A DNA stretch of 50,936 nt from an uncultured Saprospiraceae bacterium. Lineage in GTDB: Bacteria; Bacteroidota; Bacteroidia; Chitinophagales; Saprospiraceae. The notes below the pieces were generated by a model. That model saw nothing but the letters and a program-made list of their open reading frames with translations. It was not told the origin of the DNA and did no database searches. The stretch's first letter is position 1. Every line of letters starts with the position of its first letter. Made by a program: the position numbers and the translations under genes. Of the stretch, positions 35,690 through 44,129 are shown one piece after another. Where the stretch lies: NCBI GenBank assembly GCA_937924145.1, contig CALDTJ010000110.1:1-50936 (forward strand), in the 5' to 3' direction.

Positions 35690-37336
35690 ATGTCTATTCC
35701 TAAGGATCCCAGGCAGTTGATGATTAACCTAATGTATCTGGTCTTGACCGCATTATTAGCGTTGAACGTTTCTGCCGAAGTGATGAACGCATTTAAGACT
35801 ATCGACGATAGTTTGATTAAATCGAATACGACTACTAATAAAGCGATTGATGAGCAAGCAGATGCTTTAAATGCTTTATTGGGAGAAAAGTCTAAAGAAA
35901 AATTTAAGCCATTAGGTGTCGCTGTTTCAGACATTCGTGCTGAAATCAAAGGATTCAACGATTGGGTTGGTAATTTGAAGGACGAATTAATTGATGCAGC
36001 AGGTGACAAGAGTGGTGCTGTTGATGACGGTGATTTTCTTTATCCAGAAAATCCCGCTAAAAAAATCATCAAGGGTAAGAAAAATAAAGATGTTACCACG
36101 AGTATGTTGGTAAAAGAAGGAAAAGGGGATGAATTAGCAGCTAAAATTGCTGAAGTAAGAAAAAATATTGTTGATATCTACGCTAAAGTTATCAATGAAA
36201 ATAAAGAAACTTTTGGTTTTGTAAAAGGTGGTAAAGTTGATCAAGCGGCGGCGGATGCAAACATTTCTTCCTTTGCTGAAAATATTTCTTTAGATATTGA
36301 CCAAAACTGGCAAGAGCAATCAGATGGTAGTAAAAATAGTTGGGCGGATTTCCGTTTCCGACAAATGCCATTGATCTCTGTTTTACCATTATTAACTAAG
36401 TTCCAAACGGATGCTAAGAATGCGGAAGCATTAGGTGTAAGTAAGTTAGCAGAGTTAGTTGGTGGTAAGCAGATTGTCTTCAATCAGTTTTTCCCTGTAA
36501 TTAATGCTAAGAAAGCTTATGTAATTAAAGGAGAGAAATTTGAAGCAGATATTTCTTTGGGTGCTTATAGTTCTGATATTCCTGCTGAGAACATTAACTT
36601 AACGGTTGATGGAAAAAGAATGCCAGTAGGAAAAGATGGAAAAGCGATTTTTTCTACAGGAACAAGTACTACAGGTACAAAGACAATTAACTTGTCTGCA
36701 ACTGTAACGAATCCTTTGACAGGAGAAACCACAAAATCTACTTCTACTTTCGAATATGAAGTAGGTGTAAGATCAGCAACTGTTTCTGCTGATAAGATGA
36801 ACGTAGTTTATATTGGTGTTGATAATCCGATTTCTGTAGCTGTAGCAGGGGTTTCTTCTAACGATGTTAAAGTTAGAGGAACAGGAGTTACGCTAAAGGG
36901 ATCTAGAGGGAAATATATTGCCACAGCAAATAAGCCGGGAGAAGCAACTATTAATGTTTCTGGTGGTGGATTACCAAATACTCCATTTAAATTTAGAGTA
37001 AAAAGAATTCCTGATCCAGTTGCAAAACTAGGAAACAAGAAGGATGGCTCTATGGGTAACGGAGAATTCAAGGCACAAAGAGGAGTTATTCCTTGGTTAG
37101 AAGGCTTTGATTTTGATGCAAAATGTAAGATTCAAGGATTTAACTTGGTTCGTGTTGCTAAGCGTCAAGATCCAGTAGCTAGCCAAAACAACAGCGGTAC
37201 ATTCAATGAGAAATCAACAAGAATGGTACGTGCTGCTAAGCCAGGAGATACTTACTACTTTGAAAACGTTCGGGCAAGATGTCCTGGTGATTCAGCTGGT
37301 AGAAAGATTAACTCTATGGTATTTAAGATTAAGTAA
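35690..37336 (+). CDS. gldM: Gliding motility / T9SS motor protein GldM (PorM)
   Basis: 548 aa. The conserved N-terminus PRQLMINLMYLVLTALLALNVSAEVMNAF forms a single TM helix, followed by a long periplasmic region. Confidence 0.9.
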   Translation: MSIPKDPRQLMINLMYLVLTALLALNVSAEVMNAFKTIDDSLIKSNTTTNKAIDEQADALNALLGEKSKEKFKPLGVAVSDIRAEIKGFNDWVGNLKDELIDAAGDKSGAVDDGDFLYPENPAKKIIKGKKNKDVTTSMLVKEGKGDELAAKIAEVRKNIVDIYAKVINENKETFGFVKGGKVDQAAADANISSFAENISLDIDQNWQEQSDGSKNSWADFRFRQMPLISVLPLLTKFQTDAKNAEALGVSKLAELVGGKQIVFNQFFPVINAKKAYVIKGEKFEADISLGAYSSDIPAENINLTVDGKRMPVGKDGKAIFSTGTSTTGTKTINLSATVTNPLTGETTKSTSTFEYEVGVRSATVSADKMNVVYIGVDNPISVAVAGVSSNDVKVRGTGVTLKGSRGKYIATANKPGEATINVSGGGLPNTPFKFRVKRIPDPVAKLGNKKDGSMGNGEFKAQRGVIPWLEGFDFDAKCKIQGFNLVRVAKRQDPVASQNNSGTFNEKSTRMVRAAKPGDTYYFENVRARCPGDSAGRKINSMVFKIK

Positions 37337-37342
37337 AGAAGA

Positions 37343-37480
37343 CAGAAGTCAGACCACTTCGTTGTTAGAATTCAGATTTTAGAATTAGTTAACTCTGCTT
37401 TTAAAATCTGATCTCTGACAGTAAATTTTAACCCACCCGCATGCGCAGTCGTGCTGGTTTACGGTCTGACTTCTGACATC
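37343..37480. repeat. Family C inverted repeat enclosing a family D 30-nt repeat (37431-37460), between gldM and gldN
   Basis: cagaagtcagacc (37343-37355) opposes ggtctgacttctgacatc (37463-37480). The enclosed acccacccgcatgcgcagtcgtgctggttt is family D copy 4 on the minus strand. Confidence 0.75.
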
Positions 37481-37600
37481 TATAAAAAAAACTGTCAGCC
37501 TTTTTGCAGATTAGAATTTTAAGCATAATTTTTGCAGTTACAAGGCGTTTTAGTATCGTAAATAATTCTATTATCTCTATTATCTCTATTAAAATCAATT

Positions 37601-38497
37601 ATGAATATTAAGTGCTTATTAGGATGTTTTGTTTTTTTCTTGGCAAGTCAGTTTGTTAATGCTCAAGATATACGACAAGCTGGAGGCGAATCTGGTTCTG
37701 GCTCTGCTGAAACGGAGGAAGGAGTAAGAACAGAAGCAGGTGAGTTTGACGCTCCTCTTGATGATATTGTTGAAAAACGAATTGTTACTGACCGAAGAGT
37801 TTTGCCTTATGATCCAGTAAGAGAGGCAGATATTTTCTGGGAGAAAAGAGTATGGAGAGTAATTGATGTTAGAGAAAAATTGAATTTACCTTTTGGTTAT
37901 CCAGAAGAACCATTTTTTGCTATCTTGATGAAAGCGGCAGAAGAAGGTGAAATTACTGTTTATGGTACAGAAGATGATAAATTTTCATACCCACTAGCAC
38001 CAGATGAAGTGGCTTCAATGGGAGCAACGGTAGATACGATTATTGCTTTCGATCCAGAAACTTATGAAGAAGAAATTACGATCGTAAGAAATGATTTAAA
38101 TCCAGAGGATATCAAGCAATTCAGATTAAAAGAAATCTGGTTTTTCGATGAAGAGTCTTCTTCTCTACAAGTTAGAGTATTAGGAATCGCACCATTGAAA
38201 GATGAATATGATGAGAACGGTAACTATAAGTATACCACTCCATTATTCTGGGCTTACTATCCTGAGTGTAGAGAAATTTTAGCTCGTCACAAAGTATTTA
38301 ATCCAAAAAATGACGCGGATCAAATGACTTGGGAGGATTTAATGGAAAGAAGACAGTTTTCAAGTTATATCATGAAGAGATCTAACGTTTATGATAGAAA
38401 AGTAGAAGATTACTTAACGGGTGTAGATATGCTTTTAGAAGCAGAAAAAATCCGTATGGAGATCTTTAACTTTGAGCATGACCTTTGGTCTTATTAA
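37601..38497 (+). CDS. gldN: Gliding motility / T9SS periplasmic ring protein GldN (PorN)
   Basis: 298 aa with a signal peptide (MNIKCLLGCFVFFLASQFVNAQ) and the conserved READIFWEKRVWRVIDVREKLN motif. It is last in the K-L-M-N order. Confidence 0.85.
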   Translation: MNIKCLLGCFVFFLASQFVNAQDIRQAGGESGSGSAETEEGVRTEAGEFDAPLDDIVEKRIVTDRRVLPYDPVREADIFWEKRVWRVIDVREKLNLPFGYPEEPFFAILMKAAEEGEITVYGTEDDKFSYPLAPDEVASMGATVDTIIAFDPETYEEEITIVRNDLNPEDIKQFRLKEIWFFDEESSSLQVRVLGIAPLKDEYDENGNYKYTTPLFWAYYPECREILARHKVFNPKNDADQMTWEDLMERRQFSSYIMKRSNVYDRKVEDYLTGVDMLLEAEKIRMEIFNFEHDLWSY

Positions 38498-38534
38498 TAT
38501 ACGTAGCACAGGCATTCTTGTCTGTGTCAACAAT

Positions 38535-38573
38535 AAAAAAGCCCTTATCGGATTGTTCGGTAAGGGCTTTTTG
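38535..38573. terminator. Bidirectional rho-independent terminator between convergent gldN and maf
   Basis: aaaaaagcccttatcg / cggtaagggcttttt has A-run and T-run flanks on both sides. Confidence 0.8.
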
Positions 38574-38577
38574 TTGC

Positions 38578-39168
38578 TTACATCTTCGCCAAATATTGAT
38601 AAACCAAATCCACGGGTAATCCCATTATATTGCTATAAGTCCCTTCTATTTTTGATATTTTACAAAGCCCGATCCACTCTTGAATAGCATAAGCACCTGC
38701 TTTATCATACGGCTGAAATTTATCGATATAGTAGTCAATTTCTGTTTTACTTAACTTTTCTAATTTCACTTTAGAAACGCCAATAAAAGATATTTTTTTC
38801 TTTTTCGATAATAAACAAACACCTGTAATTACTTCGTGCCACTTACCAGATAGTTTACTTAATATTCTTACCGCATCAGATCTATCTACTGGTTTTTCAT
38901 AAATCTTTTTCCCTTTTGCCACGATGGTATCTGCCGCTAATATAATATGCCCTTTTTTTAAAAAATTTTTACAAGCTTTAGCCTTTTTCTCTGCCAGGAA
39001 AAGTGGAACTTCCTTTGGACTCAAATCTTTGCTATAGCTTTCTTCTACGTCCTTACTACGAACTTTAAAGGAAAACCCTGCTTCGGCTAATAACTGACTT
39101 CTACGTGGAGATTTAGAGGCGAGAATAATCTTTTTGGATAAAACTTTTGGTGTAATAATTTTTGACAT
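38578..39168 (-). CDS. maf: Maf-like nucleoside-triphosphate pyrophosphatase
   Basis: ILASKSPRRSQLL and DKAGAYAIQ motifs. I prefer the ATG at 39168 (MSKIITPK...) over the track start at 39207. Confidence 0.85.
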   Translation of the reverse strand: MSKIITPKVLSKKIILASKSPRRSQLLAEAGFSFKVRSKDVEESYSKDLSPKEVPLFLAEKKAKACKNFLKKGHIILAADTIVAKGKKIYEKPVDRSDAVRILSKLSGKWHEVITGVCLLSKKKKISFIGVSKVKLEKLSKTEIDYYIDKFQPYDKAGAYAIQEWIGLCKISKIEGTYSNIMGLPVDLVYQYLAKM

Positions 39169-39235
39169 AACAAGTGATAATGTGAGCTGAAAATAAATAA
39201 CTTCCAATAACCAAATAATAACTTTTAATAACCTC

Positions 39236-39736
39236 TCACGAATGCCACACCTTCTTCAATTTCAATACCTTTTCAATCACGTCTCGAACACAACCTTCCC
39301 CACCATTTTTAGGAGACATATATTGAGTGATTTCTTTGATTTCTGGAGCTGCATTTTTTGGGCAAACAGGCAGACCTACTAGTCGCATCACGGCATAATC
39401 GGGTAAGTCGTCGCCCATATACAAGATATGCTCATCATCAATTTCGTAGGCGTCTTTAAAATTATCATACGCTTCTTTTTTATCTCTACACTTTTCGATG
39501 ATATCAGTAATGCCAATTTCTTGAAAAACAGGAATTAGACCTCCTAAACTACCGCCAGAAATAATGGCGATGCGATATTTTTTTTCTACTGCTTTCCGCA
39601 TGGCTACTAAATCCTTATCGTTCAAACGGCGGACGATTTTGCCATTTTCAAAAACAAAAATGCTATGATCGGTCAATACACCATCGACATCAAAAATAAA
39701 AGCTTTAATTCTACGGAAATTTTCTAAACTATTCAT
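39236..39736 (-). CDS. kdsC: KdsC-type HAD phosphatase (3-deoxy-D-manno-octulosonate 8-phosphate phosphatase family)
   Basis: FDVDGVLTD (HAD motif I), YMGDDLPD and GGEGCVRDV. I prefer the ATG at 39736 (MNSLENFRRIKAF), because the track extension to 39832 translates a word repeat. Confidence 0.8.
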   Translation of the reverse strand: MNSLENFRRIKAFIFDVDGVLTDHSIFVFENGKIVRRLNDKDLVAMRKAVEKKYRIAIISGGSLGGLIPVFQEIGITDIIEKCRDKKEAYDNFKDAYEIDDEHILYMGDDLPDYAVMRLVGLPVCPKNAAPEIKEITQYMSPKNGGEGCVRDVIEKVLKLKKVWHS

Positions 39737-39742
39737 ATTGGG

Positions 39743-39846
39743 AAGATGATGAGGCAATGAGATGATGAGGCGATGAGGTGATGAGGCGATGAGGTGATGA
39801 GTGCGATTTGCCTTATTACCTTGTAACCTCATTATCTTATAACCTC
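39743..39846. repeat. Word-built repeat (GATGAGG reiterations) facing a CCTCAT/TAACCT-rich arm
   Basis: agatgatgaggcaatgagatgatgaggcgatgaggtgatgaggcgatgaggtgatgag is followed by ccttattaccttgtaacctcattatcttataacctc. Confidence 0.65.
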
Positions 39847-39850
39847 GAAT

Positions 39851-40999
39851 TTATACATTCTGAAAAGCCTTATCTAAGTCTTCGATTAAATCATCCACGT
39901 CTTCAATACCTACACTCAATCGAATCAAAGAATCAGTTAAGCCTACTTTTAATCTATCTGCTTTTGGAATAGAGGCGTGGGTCATACTAGCAGGGTGTCC
40001 GATTAAGGATTCTACACCACCAAGAGACTCTGCTAAAGTAAATAAATGCGTATTACTCATTACTTTTTTAGCATCATTATAATCATCATTCGCCAAATCA
40101 AAAGAAACCATCCCACCAAAATCACGCATTTGTGCTTTCGCTATTTTGTGATTCGGATGATCTTTAAAACCAGGATAGTATACATTCCCAACTTTAGGGT
40201 GAGATTTTAAAAATTTGGCAATTCTCTTCGCATTTTTACAGGCTCTTTCTACACGAAGGTGTAAAGTCTTAATACCTCTTAAAACTAAGAAACAATCTTG
40301 AGGGCCTGGTATAGCACCAACTGCATTTTGGATATAATGCAGTTTATCTCCCATTTTCTTAGTCTTTGTGACCACTGCTCCTAATATAACGTCTGAATGC
40401 CCACCAAGATATTTTGTAGCAGAGTGCAAAACTAAATCTGCTCCTAAATCTAATGGTGTTTGTAGAAATGGGGAAGAAAAAGTATTGTCCACACAAGTCA
40501 TGATATTATTAGCTTTTGCAATTTTACAAATAGCTTTTATATCAATAATATTTAGCATCGGATTAGTGGGAGTTTCAATCCAAATTAACTTAGTTTTTCC
40601 TCGTTTAATAGCCTTTTTTACGTTTTTAGGGTCGTTCATATCTACGAAGTGCGGCGTAATACCGTATGGCTCAAATATGGTTCGCATCAATCGGTAAGAA
40701 CCACCATATAAATCATCCGCAGAAATAATTTCATCCCCTGGCTTTAGTAACTTGAGGACCGCATCCATTGCAGCCAATCCACTTGCAAAACAAATTGCAT
40801 CTTTTCCATTTTCTAATGCTGTCAAGTTTTTCTCTAAAGCAGATCGAGTAGGGTTGTGTGTCCTAGCGTAGGCATATCCTTTGTGCTTACCTGGTGCTTC
40901 TTGTGCGTAAGTAGAAGTTTGGTAAATTGGAGTCATAATGGCCCCTGTTGCTGGATCAGGTTCAATACCTGCGTGAATCACTTTCGTTCCGAATTTCAT
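39851..40999 (-). CDS. PLP-dependent trans-sulfuration enzyme (cystathionine beta-lyase / gamma-synthase / gamma-lyase family)
   Basis: 382 aa carrying the family PLP-lysine signature [16 protein letters not shown]. Confidence 0.85.
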   Translation of the reverse strand: MKFGTKVIHAGIEPDPATGAIMTPIYQTSTYAQEAPGKHKGYAYARTHNPTRSALEKNLTALENGKDAICFASGLAAMDAVLKLLKPGDEIISADDLYGGSYRLMRTIFEPYGITPHFVDMNDPKNVKKAIKRGKTKLIWIETPTNPMLNIIDIKAICKIAKANNIMTCVDNTFSSPFLQTPLDLGADLVLHSATKYLGGHSDVILGAVVTKTKKMGDKLHYIQNAVGAIPGPQDCFLVLRGIKTLHLRVERACKNAKRIAKFLKSHPKVGNVYYPGFKDHPNHKIAKAQMRDFGGMVSFDLANDDYNDAKKVMSNTHLFTLAESLGGVESLIGHPASMTHASIPKADRLKVGLTDSLIRLSVGIEDVDDLIEDLDKAFQNV

Positions 41000-41073
41000 G
41001 CTAAATTGTTTACGGTTTGTGTGCGGTACAAGGGATACAAGTACCTGCTTAGTACTTAATATTCTACAAAATT

Positions 41074-41123
41074 AAAAAACCTCCAAACTGTACGTATTCT
41101 TTTCGAAACAGATTGGAGGTTTT
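41074..41123 (-). terminator. Rho-independent terminator downstream of the transketolase subunit gene
   Basis: On the minus strand: aaaacctccaat...(loop)...tttggaggtttttt, followed by aatttt. Confidence 0.65.
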
Positions 41124-41126
41124 AAA

Positions 41127-41210
41127 TGGCTGATAGGCTGATAGGCAACTGATAAGCCAATAGGCAAAGTAATGTAGCCTTTCTGCCATTTTGCCACTTA
41201 GCTTATAAGC
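41127..41210. repeat. Word-built repeat (GATAGGC / GCCTAT words)
   Basis: ggctgataggctgataggcaactgataagccaataggcaaag ... cttagcttataagcctatt. The ataggc word also occurs at 50747-50775. Confidence 0.55.
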
Positions 41211-42167
41211 CTATTTCCTAGCTATTGCTTTCTTGACAGCTGCGATGACATCTTTTACACCAATTCCATATTTATCCATCAAATCAGCTGGTTTTCCACT
41301 TTCACCGAAAGAGTCATTAACTGCTACGTATTCCTGTGGAGTTGGTAATTCCTGCGCTAATACTTGTGCCACACTATCTCCTAATCCACCATGACGTTGG
41401 TGTTCTTCAGCTGTAACTACACAACCTGTTTTTTTAGCAGATGCCAAAATAGCTGCTTTATCTAATGGCTTGATTGTGTGAATATTAATCAATTCACAAG
41501 AGATACCTTCTTTCGCTAATTCCTTGGCTGCCTCAATCGTATGCCATACTAAGTGACCTGTAGAAAAGATACTTACATCTGTTCCTTCACTTAACATCAA
41601 TGCTTTACCGATCTCAAATTTTTGATTGTCTGGTGTAAATACAGGCCATCCTGGGCGACCAAAACGTAAATAAACTGGACCATCATGATCTGCAATGGCA
41701 ATGGTTGCTGCCTTCGTTTGGTTATAATCACAAGGATTGATAACCGTCATGCCTGGCAACATTTTCATCAAACCAATATCTTCTAAGATTTGGTGCGTCG
41801 CTCCGTCTTCTCCTAAAGTCAAACCTGCGTGTGATGCACAAATCTTCACATTCTTGTGAGAATAAGCGATAGATTGACGAATTTGATCGTAAACTCTACC
41901 TGTAGAAAAGTTGGCAAAAGTTCCAGTATAAGGAATTTTTCCACCAATGGCTAAACCTGCTGCAATACCCATCATATTCGCCTCTGCAATACCCACTTGG
42001 TAAAAGCGCTCGGGACTATCCTTAATAAATTCCTGCATCTTCAAAGAGCCGATTAAGTCTGCACATAAGGCAACTACTTGGTCGTTTTTTCTTCCGACTT
42101 CCGCCAATCCTGCTCCAAAACCATCTCTGGTTGATTTTTTACCGTTAGCAACAAGTTTATCTAACAT
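41211..42167 (-). CDS. Transketolase, C-terminal (pyrimidine-binding plus C-terminal domain) subunit of a split enzyme
   Basis: 318 aa. [15 protein letters not shown]..., [14 protein letters not shown] and [10 protein letters not shown] are typical of split-transketolase subunit B. Confidence 0.85.
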   Translation of the reverse strand: MLDKLVANGKKSTRDGFGAGLAEVGRKNDQVVALCADLIGSLKMQEFIKDSPERFYQVGIAEANMMGIAAGLAIGGKIPYTGTFANFSTGRVYDQIRQSIAYSHKNVKICASHAGLTLGEDGATHQILEDIGLMKMLPGMTVINPCDYNQTKAATIAIADHDGPVYLRFGRPGWPVFTPDNQKFEIGKALMLSEGTDVSIFSTGHLVWHTIEAAKELAKEGISCELINIHTIKPLDKAAILASAKKTGCVVTAEEHQRHGGLGDSVAQVLAQELPTPQEYVAVNDSFGESGKPADLMDKYGIGVKDVIAAVKKAIARK

Positions 42168-42350
42168 TTCTTGTGATTTAGTTATATTTCAAAAATGAGC
42201 AGCAAAAATAACCGATTATGTTAGGAATACCAATTAGATGAGCAGAATTTAAAAATTCAATTTTCGATTTCGATTTCTTTTTTCTCCGTTAATAATTTAG
42301 CTTTGTCCCAAGTACAGGCGATTTATTGGAATTAATTAAATAATGTGCGG

Positions 42351-42462
42351 TTTCGATGGTTCAAGTCTCCAGACTTGAATCCCGTATTAAAGTCGTCTCC
42401 TGACGACAACGCTGGTCAGGAGACCAGCAAATATGGATTTCTAGTCTGGAGACTAGAAATAT
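42351..42462. repeat. Family B composite nested-palindrome element, copy 2
   Basis: The elements appear in the same order and orientation as copy 1: ttcgatggttcaagtctccagacttgaat, gtcgtctcctgacgac (42391-42406), ctggtcaggagaccag (42411-42426) and tagtctggagactagaaatatc (42441-42462). Confidence 0.85.
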
Positions 42463-42606
42463 CGCCTTTTTTTTGCCTACCTGCCCATCTGTGTCGGGAA
42501 TCTTTAAATTGAATTTTTGGCATTTTTTATGGTTGAAAGTTTTGAGTCGTGTAAAAGTTTTAATTTATAAAAAATCATCTTTGTAACTTTTTAAAAATAT
42601 CGTAGT

Positions 42607-42682
42607 GATTGTTAAAATTGTTTGATTGTTAGATTGCTGTATGACAAAGTGTTATAAGAACAATCAAACAATTTTAACAATC
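42607..42682 (-). terminator. Perfect 24-bp-stem hairpin downstream of the lipoprotein gene
   Basis: gattgttaaaattgtttgattgtt (42607-42630) is the exact reverse complement of aacaatcaaacaattttaacaatc (42659-42682), with a 28-nt loop. On the minus strand a T-run follows about 9 nt later. Confidence 0.5.
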
Positions 42683-42767
42683 AAACAATCTCAATTCAAA
42701 TATTTAGTTACGAATTATATTTTATTATAATACGAAACTTTTCACACAACCCCTAAACTAAATAGAC

Positions 42768-43181
42768 TTACATTTTTTGAAATTTCATCACTTTTTCCTC
42801 CTGTCCAATCTTGGCGTAAGTTAATTTTTTATCTGTTAACTCTATTACTTTAAAGCAATTTTCTGCTCGTTTTCCATCCGTTACAAAACAGGGCATTGGT
42901 TTCATACCAACGGGAAGGCATCTTGCTTGACACTCCTGATAAACTAATAAAGATTCATCCGATAATTTTAATCCATCATAAAAGGAGAACATTCTATTTT
43001 CGGTTAATTCAATCTTGGTTTTTGGATTATCCACAGATTGCCATTTTCCTAATAATTGATTCATTTGGGGGCTTTTTGGTGCCCCCTCCATTTTTTTGGG
43101 TGCTTCTTGACAGGCCATAAATACCCCAAAAACTGCCAATAAAAGGGTAAAAAACGTTGTTTTTCTAGTGTTTCTTAACAT
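42768..43181 (-). CDS. Hypothetical lipoprotein (137 aa)
   Basis: Lipoprotein signal LLLAVFGVFMAC. I recognise no further motif. Confidence 0.55.
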   Translation of the reverse strand: MLRNTRKTTFFTLLLAVFGVFMACQEAPKKMEGAPKSPQMNQLLGKWQSVDNPKTKIELTENRMFSFYDGLKLSDESLLVYQECQARCLPVGMKPMPCFVTDGKRAENCFKVIELTDKKLTYAKIGQEEKVMKFQKM

Positions 43182-43261
43182 CAGTAGAAGAAATTTAAAT
43201 AGTTCGAAGAAAAAGAATAATTTGTTGGAATAATATAATAGACTTTATTCTGAAATGCTTT

Positions 43262-43295
43262 AGTCTTTCCAGCACACTCCAGTGCTGGAAAGACT
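43262..43295. other. Perfect 14-bp hairpin plus T-run between two divergently oriented genes
   Basis: agtctttccagcac-actcca-gtgctggaaagact, followed by ttttttac. Confidence 0.6.
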
Positions 43296-43341
43296 TTTTT
43301 ACAAAAAATATTAGAATAAGCACTAATTCAATAGACTTTTT

Positions 43342-43980
43342 ATGAAAGCCATATTTTACTTCATTTTTAGAATCATTCTTTTACTTTCCTTGCCTTTTAT
43401 TTGCCTGGTGAGAGGTGCAGTTTATCTCTACGAACAGCAAAATTATGGGTCTTGGAATTCCATTTTTGGAGCTGCCTTGATTACCACTTTCCTGCTAATC
43501 GTTTATATGATATTTTTCTACGGAAGAATGACTGGAAAGGTAGGTTCTTTGAAAAGAAAATTATGGTTGGCGCTGATTTTAGTAATTGGCTACGGTGTTC
43601 ATGCACTCTATTTCTTTTCGGATCAGAATGCCAAACATACTAGTGTACAGAAAGAATTCACCAGCCTACACCCTATTCTTCGGTTGAGTATCAGTACGAT
43701 CATCCATTTAGATGAGGGACTCATTATGACCGATGCTAATCGTCAACCAGAAGATTATCGAAAAATGGGACTGAAATCAAAAAAGAATTCACTCCATTAT
43801 AAACAAAAAAATGGCTATGTCCATGCCTTTGATGTTCGAGTAAAAAATAGGAGTTGGATTAGGAATGGTTTGTTACAGCTATATTTTAAAGCGATGGGGT
43901 TTAATACTCTAAGGCATGGTGGGACTGGGGATCATTTGCATATTTCTTTGACTAGTCGGGATCGACCTTGGGCGATATAG
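43342..43980 (+). CDS. Hypothetical polytopic membrane protein with a C-terminal soluble domain (possible LAS-type zinc peptidase-like motifs)
   Basis: 212 aa with 3-4 N-terminal TM helices. The C-terminal VHAFDVR and GDHLHISL faintly resemble the H..D / HxH metal ligands of LAS peptidases. Confidence 0.5.
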   Translation: MKAIFYFIFRIILLLSLPFICLVRGAVYLYEQQNYGSWNSIFGAALITTFLLIVYMIFFYGRMTGKVGSLKRKLWLALILVIGYGVHALYFFSDQNAKHTSVQKEFTSLHPILRLSISTIIHLDEGLIMTDANRQPEDYRKMGLKSKKNSLHYKQKNGYVHAFDVRVKNRSWIRNGLLQLYFKAMGFNTLRHGGTGDHLHISLTSRDRPWAI

Positions 43981-44126
43981 GTTGCGGGTTTCGGGTTGCG
44001 GGTTGCGAGTTGCCATGTAGGACATAAAGCACTCTTTAAAGCATAAAAACGTAAATTTCATCTCGCTTTTTTGGTCTAACTAGCCAACTCGCTATCTCGC
44101 AACCCGTAACCCGCACAACCCGCAAC
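43981..44126. repeat. Word-built inverted repeat (GTTGCGG / CCGCAAC reiterations) filling the gap between convergent genes
   Basis: The left arm is gttgcgggtttcgggttgcgggttgcgagttgcc (43981-44014). The reverse complement of the right arm (44083-44126) is gttgcgggttgtgcgggttacgggttgcgagatagcgagttgg. Confidence 0.8.
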
Positions 44127-44129
44127 TCC

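Noticed and set aside
38472-38687. A 71-aa + strand ORF spanning the gldN stop, the bidirectional terminator and the end of maf
   Set aside because: It reads through a strong terminator and lies antisense to a well-supported gene.
39169-39207. A 13-codon extension of maf
   Set aside because: The hydrophobic extension MEVIYFQLTLSLV is atypical for cytoplasmic Maf. The Met at 39168 precedes the conserved LASKSPRR motif at the usual distance.
39737-39832. An N-terminal extension of the KdsC ORF (MRLQGNKANRTHHLIASSPHRLIISLPHHLPN)
   Set aside because: It is the translation of the GATGAGG word repeat. The conserved HAD domain begins right after the Met at 39736.
40368-41059. + strand ORFs 40368-40697 and 40856-41059
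   Set aside because: They lie antisense to the well-supported PLP-enzyme gene and have no motifs.
42351-42385. tRNA-like T-arm (ggttcaagtctccagacttgaatcc)
   Set aside because: No acceptor stem, anticodon arm or D-arm can be drawn around it. The same sequence is part of the family B element, whose other copy (31234-) lacks the ggttc.
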